Shown piece after piece: positions 58,919 through 64,000 of a DNA stretch of 64,000 nucleotides. The notes beneath the pieces are model-generated. The model was not told the DNA's origin. It saw only the letters and a list, made by a program, of their open reading frames with translations, and did not search any database. The position numbers and the translations under genes were made by a program. How positions within the stretch are numbered: position 1 is the stretch's first letter; every line of letters starts with the position of its first letter. The stretch is from Candidatus Poribacteria bacterium (GTDB lineage Bacteria > Poribacteria > WGA-4E > WGA-3G): the NCBI GenBank assembly GCA_963665235.2, contig CAXXLX010000001.1, positions 480,001-544,000 of the forward strand, given 5' to 3'.

Positions 58919-59324
58919 TCTTTTCATCCTCAATATACTTTTTGACAACTTCTAAGGATACACACCCAACCGACGATATGAATTTGGAACGCGTCCACAG
59001 AGAGGGTAAACCGGATTTTAGGTGTGGAAATCCCTCACGCAAGACTTTAGAGGTGAAACCTTTTAGCATCCAAACTGTCCGAGTGACTGGCACTTTCGGA
59101 TTGGTTTCTATGATAAGATGCACAGGGTCTTCCATCACCTCACTGGCACACACCTTAAAATCTAAATCGGTTTGTTTGGAGCATATCAGATGATGCAACC
59201 GTTCTTGTATAGGTTCGGTTAAAACCTTGCGCCGATACTTCGGACACCAGATAACAGGATACTGACAACTATAGACAAGGTTCGTATCAGAATACCAACT
59301 CTTTTCTGGGTTCTTAATAAACAT
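58911..59324 (-). CDS. tnpA: IS200-type Y1 transposase with degenerate HUH motif
   Basis: WCPKYRRKVL, DPVHL instead of DHVHL, LKG, LWTRS, KKYIE. Confidence 0.88.
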   Translation of the reverse strand: MFIKNPEKSWYSDTNLVYSCQYPVIWCPKYRRKVLTEPIQERLHHLICSKQTDLDFKVCASEVMEDPVHLIIETNPKVPVTRTVWMLKGFTSKVLREGFPHLKSGLPSLWTRSKFISSVGCVSLEVVKKYIEDEKNV

Positions 59325-59487
59325 TATACTATATCCTTTATCTGTTAGTTTCTCTAATATAGGATAACATATTTTTTAGATAATGTCAACTATTTTAGCT
59401 GTCACAGAGGCACGGGCGTTACGGGGTTGGACCCACAGCTAAAGCAGTGGGATTGTTAAGTGAGTCCCTTCAGTTTACGAATAGCAG

Positions 59488-62400
59488 TTATTTAAGCAGT
59501 TGAAACTGCATTTCTGCTGTGCTGTGTAGCTGTTTAATCAGGATAGCGTCTTTTTCGTGAAGGTACCGCCATCCGGATGTGACATCTTCTAGGGACTCAA
59601 CTTGCGGAATATCGTAAGGCGCGTCCTCTTTATCTGCATCATGCTCGGCACCCTCTGTTTGTGCGGGGTGAGTCGGGTGTGCACGAATGAGAGATGGGGC
59701 TTGTCCGTACCCGGTAATCAGTGTGTGACTGATTTCGTTTTCCGCGTAGTTCAGTGTCCACTTTAGTTCCCCTTTTCGGGAGGTGTTAACATCTTCCGGT
59801 TTCGCGCCGGAGCTGAGATGGATTGAGCCTGCAATTGCGGTTTTGATGCCCGGGTCAAGTCCGCGGAGCGTATAGACATTAACCATAATATCCTCAGGAT
59901 TGAGATGCGGTCCCTTGCCTTCGGTGCAGAATCCGTAGAATCCATCGGGGTATGTGCCTTTCAGTTCACCCTCTGTCCACTGCTGGTACATTGCACTTAT
60001 GGTGATGCCTTCAGCAATGTCGCGCCATTTTTCATCCCGTTTGTGCCGGTCCAGTTGTTGCAAATAGTAGGCATAGACCAGTCCGTTCCACTGCACTGGT
60101 ACCCCGAACCATGGGTGCGTATGAAACGTTGTGCCGAAAACGGGTATGGAGCCGAACAGCATTCCCGGTCGGTCCGGCAGATACCAATGATATAGGAAGG
60201 GTAGGCCCGCCTTAGCCCAGTATTCCGCGCGTTTCAGATACGATTTATTTCCGGTGATTTCGTGTGCCTCAATGTATGCCCCAATTGCATAGGCGGCAGC
60301 GAGAATATCCGGCTCATACAATGGGCATTCCCATGTTTGGGCACCCCGCGGCACCGAAAAACGGTTCATGAAGGCGAGTGCTTTTTTACCCGCTTCGAGT
60401 GAGACACTGTTCCCGGTGATGCGTGCATGTTTCAAGAGTTTTAGGGCATTCACAGCACACGTTCCGAGGACAACATCGCCCGGTGTTCCGAGGCTTTCTG
60501 TCCGTTCCGATGCTGGTTGAAACGCCCAGCTGCCATCCGCTGCTTGCGATGATAGCAAGGGTGCCACTTCGTCTTCATAGTGTGCCAATGCGGCCTCTAA
60601 GTGTCCGACATAGAATGGAAACTCTCCGCTGAGAATATGACATGAACCGCGGGCTACCAAAGCTGCCGGGCCGCCTTCGGCGACCGTTTTATCTGCTATC
60701 TCCATGACTCGTGCCTTAACAGGGTCAGATTTGGTGATGAGGTAATCGTACCAAAGTAAGGTTGCAAATCCCGGTTCGTTCTGTGAGGGCCAATCGGCAC
60801 AGTGTCGCGATTGCCGTGCCTCTGCATCCCAGGTTGTGTCCATGAACCCGTGCCGTGAGAGGAGTAGCTCCTCTTCATCGCTGCGCGGTGGGTTTAGCGG
60901 TGCTGGGGTGCCATACGCGGATGTCCAATGCGTTACTGCGTCTAAAATTGTGGTATTTCCATCTGCAATAATTTCACACGCCAAGGAGATAGGACGTTCC
61001 GGGGTGAATGTATAGGCTGTCTCAGCAACCCGTTCATTCTCCTTGACCCATTTCGGTACAGTGGGTAAGAAGAGTCCCATTAAATGATTTTTCTCTCGGT
61101 GATACGAATTCGGGGAGGCGAATACAGCGGAGACGTTGTGTTCCTCGCCATCCCAACTTTCCAGGGGATTCCAAGCGATACCGACAATTGATTTCTGCAA
61201 CTCAACCGCCATAACAGGAACAGTAATTTTATAGGGGTGCGGGACTAACCGGTTGTTGAGCGGAGGTGCTGCGTCTCTGGGATTTGAAGAGGGTTCTTCG
61301 TTTTCTAAGAATTCCAGCCCGGGAAACAGCGCAGCCGCTTTTTTATCGCGCATGCTTTTATGTCCTGCATAGATTTCTGTTCCTCGGAAAGCGAGCAACT
61401 CCCGGGGGCTATCCACCGTTAAGCGATATGCTGCTTTGATACGTCTAGCATCTTCAGTGAGCGTTAGCAGGAGTTGAAGCGTCCATGTTACGCCATCGGC
61501 ATCCTTCTGTTCATCGGATAGTCGGACAATAGCTTCGCCGAGGCTGTTCCCTGATAGGTAAACTTCACTTGGAACAAAAGTGAGATTCTGCTGTGTATCT
61601 GTCCGAGCTCCCTCCTGCTCGGGCTGTTCTTTTGATTGAGAAATGTAGGTTGCTTCAGCGATTGTTTTGGAGGTTGCTACTTGGTGATAGGTATTCCCTT
61701 TCGCTACGAAAACGGCATAATACTCAAAGCCTTCCGGTATGTCTATTTCTTGTGAGCGGAGGCTATCGCGCTGTGTGCCATTGTGAACCAAAACGATGCG
61801 GAGATGTTTATTGCCCATCACGACGTGTTCGTCCTGTTTGTAGGTATGGAGCTCCGGTATCACTTTTGTTTCAAGTTTCGGTAATACTGGTCGGATGTCA
61901 ACTGTACCCTTTACCTGTTTCTCACCGGTATGTTGCTGTGACTTCAGCGTAACACTGAATTCGGCACTATTTGAATGTGAAATCCCGTTTGCCTGCCAGA
62001 ATAACGTCGTTGTCTCACCGGGGGCGAGTGCATTCACGTTGTGTGTAGGTTTATCACGTTTGAGTTTCAGCTCGCTGATACTCAGACGTGTCTTGCTGTC
62101 CTTGGTGAGGGGCCCCGCCCCGGTATTTTTCAGAGTGCATTGTACTTCAAACGCCTCCCCTACACCGACAACAGCGGATGTTGCGCCGACGCTGACTATC
62201 TCTAATCGCGGTTGTGCTGCGTAAAGCGTTAAGTCGAGCGGCTCGTCTGCTAATTGCTTATAGATTTCACCTGCAATTTCGGAAGCAGGGGTGAAATCAG
62301 CACGATTGAACGTAAACACGCTGTGCTGATTCTCGTCGAATTCGGCAATAGCAATACCGCATTGCAATTCCGGTGTGGATACCGCTCTCCGCCTCCCTCT

Positions 62401-63579
62401 GCCCCTCGTACGGGTACGCTTCCTATCACGTCCTTCACCCCTTGTAGTTAGCTTCAGAAGTGTCGGTTTACCCCATAGTGCCCACGCGTAGCTGCTATTT
62501 CCTTCAACGTTACAGTGCGTGATGAAGGTGATGTTCACTGTTTTATCCGCGTAATCTGTTAACTCTATCCCGTTTTCCGCCCAACGGCATTCGGTTGACA
62601 CAGCGTCAAAATGCGGTTCGCCCGAAATTTCGATACAGAACTTAACCCCGCCCGGTGGTCGCTCCGCGTCATCAAACACGATGCCATCACGGAGCCCGAC
62701 ACTGAAATGGAGAAAAAGTGCTTCGTTCTCGGCAACGGAAGGGAGTGCTAATTCGTAGTTAATTCGGGCAGCATCGGTTGATGATGGGTGTCCAAACAGG
62801 GCAGGTTTTTTTACGCCGCCTGCTGAATCTGCCAAGCTTGCTGATACCTGCTCCGCCCCCTTATATGTGCTATCTTCAAACATCGCTACGAAATCGTACA
62901 CTTCCTCGCTTGTCCCCAGCTTATAAGACACCTCAGGTTCACTTGGGCCGGGCGTTTCTTTATCGTCAGATGCGGCTTCTGATTCTGCAGTCTCACCATC
63001 CGTAGACGCGCTTTGTAAGGGCTCAATCGATTCTAAAGGTTTAGATATCTGATCTTCTTCTGTAGGCGTGCTCTCCGGAGCATCAGATGTTACTTCAGCT
63101 GTCTCTGCCTCGGCCGCTTCAGGCGTTTCAGTAGGAACGTGCTCCTGCTCGCCATTTTCCACATCTGAACTCTGTTCTGTGGGGGCATCATCGCCCGCGA
63201 CTTCTTCAACAGGGTCAGCAGAATCAGGGTCAGGCGTTTCAGTAGGAACGTGCTCCTGCTCGCGACTTTCCATATCCGAATCTTGTTCTGCTGGGATATC
63301 ATCGCCCGCGACTTCCTCAACTGGCTCAGCAGAATCAGGATTAGGCGTTTCAGTAGGGACGTGCTCTTGCTCGCGACTTTCCATATCCGAATCTTGTTCT
63401 GCTGGGATATCATCGCCCGCGACTTCCTCAACTGGCTCAGCAGAATCAGAGTCAGGCGTTTCAGTGGAGGCGTGCTCCTGCTCGCGATTTTCCACTACGG
63501 GTTGTTCAAGTTCTTCCTCGTCATTATGTGTTTCTTCTTCCATTTTTCCTATGAGAAAATGTTGGAAAAACGTCAGCAT
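59488..63579 (-). CDS. Large hypothetical protein: acidic N-terminal repeats, NPCBM/CARDB-like domains, C-terminal alpha/alpha-barrel-like region
   Basis: 39-aa EQEHVPTETP..VEEVAGDD repeats; LKNTGAG; YLKRAEYWA. Confidence 0.65.
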   Translation of the reverse strand: MLTFFQHFLIGKMEEETHNDEEELEQPVVENREQEHASTETPDSDSAEPVEEVAGDDIPAEQDSDMESREQEHVPTETPNPDSAEPVEEVAGDDIPAEQDSDMESREQEHVPTETPDPDSADPVEEVAGDDAPTEQSSDVENGEQEHVPTETPEAAEAETAEVTSDAPESTPTEEDQISKPLESIEPLQSASTDGETAESEAASDDKETPGPSEPEVSYKLGTSEEVYDFVAMFEDSTYKGAEQVSASLADSAGGVKKPALFGHPSSTDAARINYELALPSVAENEALFLHFSVGLRDGIVFDDAERPPGGVKFCIEISGEPHFDAVSTECRWAENGIELTDYADKTVNITFITHCNVEGNSSYAWALWGKPTLLKLTTRGEGRDRKRTRTRGRGRRRAVSTPELQCGIAIAEFDENQHSVFTFNRADFTPASEIAGEIYKQLADEPLDLTLYAAQPRLEIVSVGATSAVVGVGEAFEVQCTLKNTGAGPLTKDSKTRLSISELKLKRDKPTHNVNALAPGETTTLFWQANGISHSNSAEFSVTLKSQQHTGEKQVKGTVDIRPVLPKLETKVIPELHTYKQDEHVVMGNKHLRIVLVHNGTQRDSLRSQEIDIPEGFEYYAVFVAKGNTYHQVATSKTIAEATYISQSKEQPEQEGARTDTQQNLTFVPSEVYLSGNSLGEAIVRLSDEQKDADGVTWTLQLLLTLTEDARRIKAAYRLTVDSPRELLAFRGTEIYAGHKSMRDKKAAALFPGLEFLENEEPSSNPRDAAPPLNNRLVPHPYKITVPVMAVELQKSIVGIAWNPLESWDGEEHNVSAVFASPNSYHREKNHLMGLFLPTVPKWVKENERVAETAYTFTPERPISLACEIIADGNTTILDAVTHWTSAYGTPAPLNPPRSDEEELLLSRHGFMDTTWDAEARQSRHCADWPSQNEPGFATLLWYDYLITKSDPVKARVMEIADKTVAEGGPAALVARGSCHILSGEFPFYVGHLEAALAHYEDEVAPLLSSQAADGSWAFQPASERTESLGTPGDVVLGTCAVNALKLLKHARITGNSVSLEAGKKALAFMNRFSVPRGAQTWECPLYEPDILAAAYAIGAYIEAHEITGNKSYLKRAEYWAKAGLPFLYHWYLPDRPGMLFGSIPVFGTTFHTHPWFGVPVQWNGLVYAYYLQQLDRHKRDEKWRDIAEGITISAMYQQWTEGELKGTYPDGFYGFCTEGKGPHLNPEDIMVNVYTLRGLDPGIKTAIAGSIHLSSGAKPEDVNTSRKGELKWTLNYAENEISHTLITGYGQAPSLIRAHPTHPAQTEGAEHDADKEDAPYDIPQVESLEDVTSGWRYLHEKDAILIKQLHSTAEMQFQLLK
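63130..63490 (-). repeat. Coding 117-bp tandem repeats (three plus a partial)
   Basis: Visible in DNA and protein. Confidence 0.85.
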
Positions 63580-63688
63580 TTCATATCTCCTCTGCTCAAA
63601 GTAGTAGGCATTTTTGAGTATTAGGGCAAGCAGCCTGCTCCTAAGGTTTCCGTAACAACGTTATAGAAGCGAGCTCGCGATTTACAAG

Positions 63689-64000
63689 CTATTGCTTTTC
63701 TTGCCACCGCTTTTTTTGCTGCTTCATTTCAGCGTTGAGAACAGGGTCAGATGATGGCGTTTGGTTTGCCGCGTCAATGAGCCAAACCCCGTCTTCGCTC
63801 TTCAGCACCGGTTTCCGTTGTTCAACAGGTAGCACGTCAAACGGTTTATGCGGCTCTATCTGATACCAATATGCGACAGAAGATGTCTCATTGCTGAGAT
63901 GGTTGCCGTGTCCGTGCTCAATTGTCACCCGAATCTCTTTCTCAAAACGGATGGGATTTTCAAGATGATAGACATACGAAGTTTGGTAACCGTTGGTATC
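63689..64000 (-). CDS. DUF2961 (GH172-like) protein, 3' part only
   Basis: YVYHLENPIRFEKEIRVTIEHGHGNHLSNETSSVAYWYQ. Confidence 0.8.
   Translation of the reverse strand, partial: DTNGYQTSYVYHLENPIRFEKEIRVTIEHGHGNHLSNETSSVAYWYQIEPHKPFDVLPVEQRKPVLKSEDGVWLIDAANQTPSSDPVLNAEMKQQKKRWQEKQ

Larger units (their letters stand above)
57643..59472 (-). mobile_element. IS200/IS605 element with tnpA and tnpB
   Basis: Left hairpin CCCACTGCTTTAGCTGTGGG, right end CACACGCCTTTAGGCGTTGTGAGTATCAC; left boundary approximate. Confidence 0.9.

Overview
Bacterial chromosome segment. Gene content suggests Candidatus Poribacteria (inference): PhyH dioxygenases, secreted LamG/discoidin-like proteins ending in a K(L/T/A)(T/A)TTWGx(I/L)K tail, a cohesin protein with an NFPNPFNPETW C-terminal domain, and Gfo/Idh/MocA enzymes. 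It holds a hisZ-like/hisG/hisS cluster with a His-rich leader peptide, two large secreted adhesin-like proteins, four TTWG-tail secreted proteins, an Avs-like nuclease-STAND gene, a scrambled GHKL/MORC ATPase-nuclease gene, and an uncharacterised operon (giant LysM/M28-like/FtsX permease, OPT-like transporter, PqqD/RRE protein, ABC ATPase). Intergenic DNA is dense with small mobile elements: GTAG-type REPs carried and tandemly amplified inside at least two MITE classes, one tnpA+tnpB IS200/IS605 element, and four protein-free IS200/IS605 derivatives. Two derivatives are TnpB-type and two are IscB/HEARO-type; they retain omega-RNA-like ends plus additional structured RNA. One interrupts a promoter -10 box and two sit between an RBS and a start codon. 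All domain calls and RNA folds were made by eye. Several frameshifts and direct duplications may be assembly errors.
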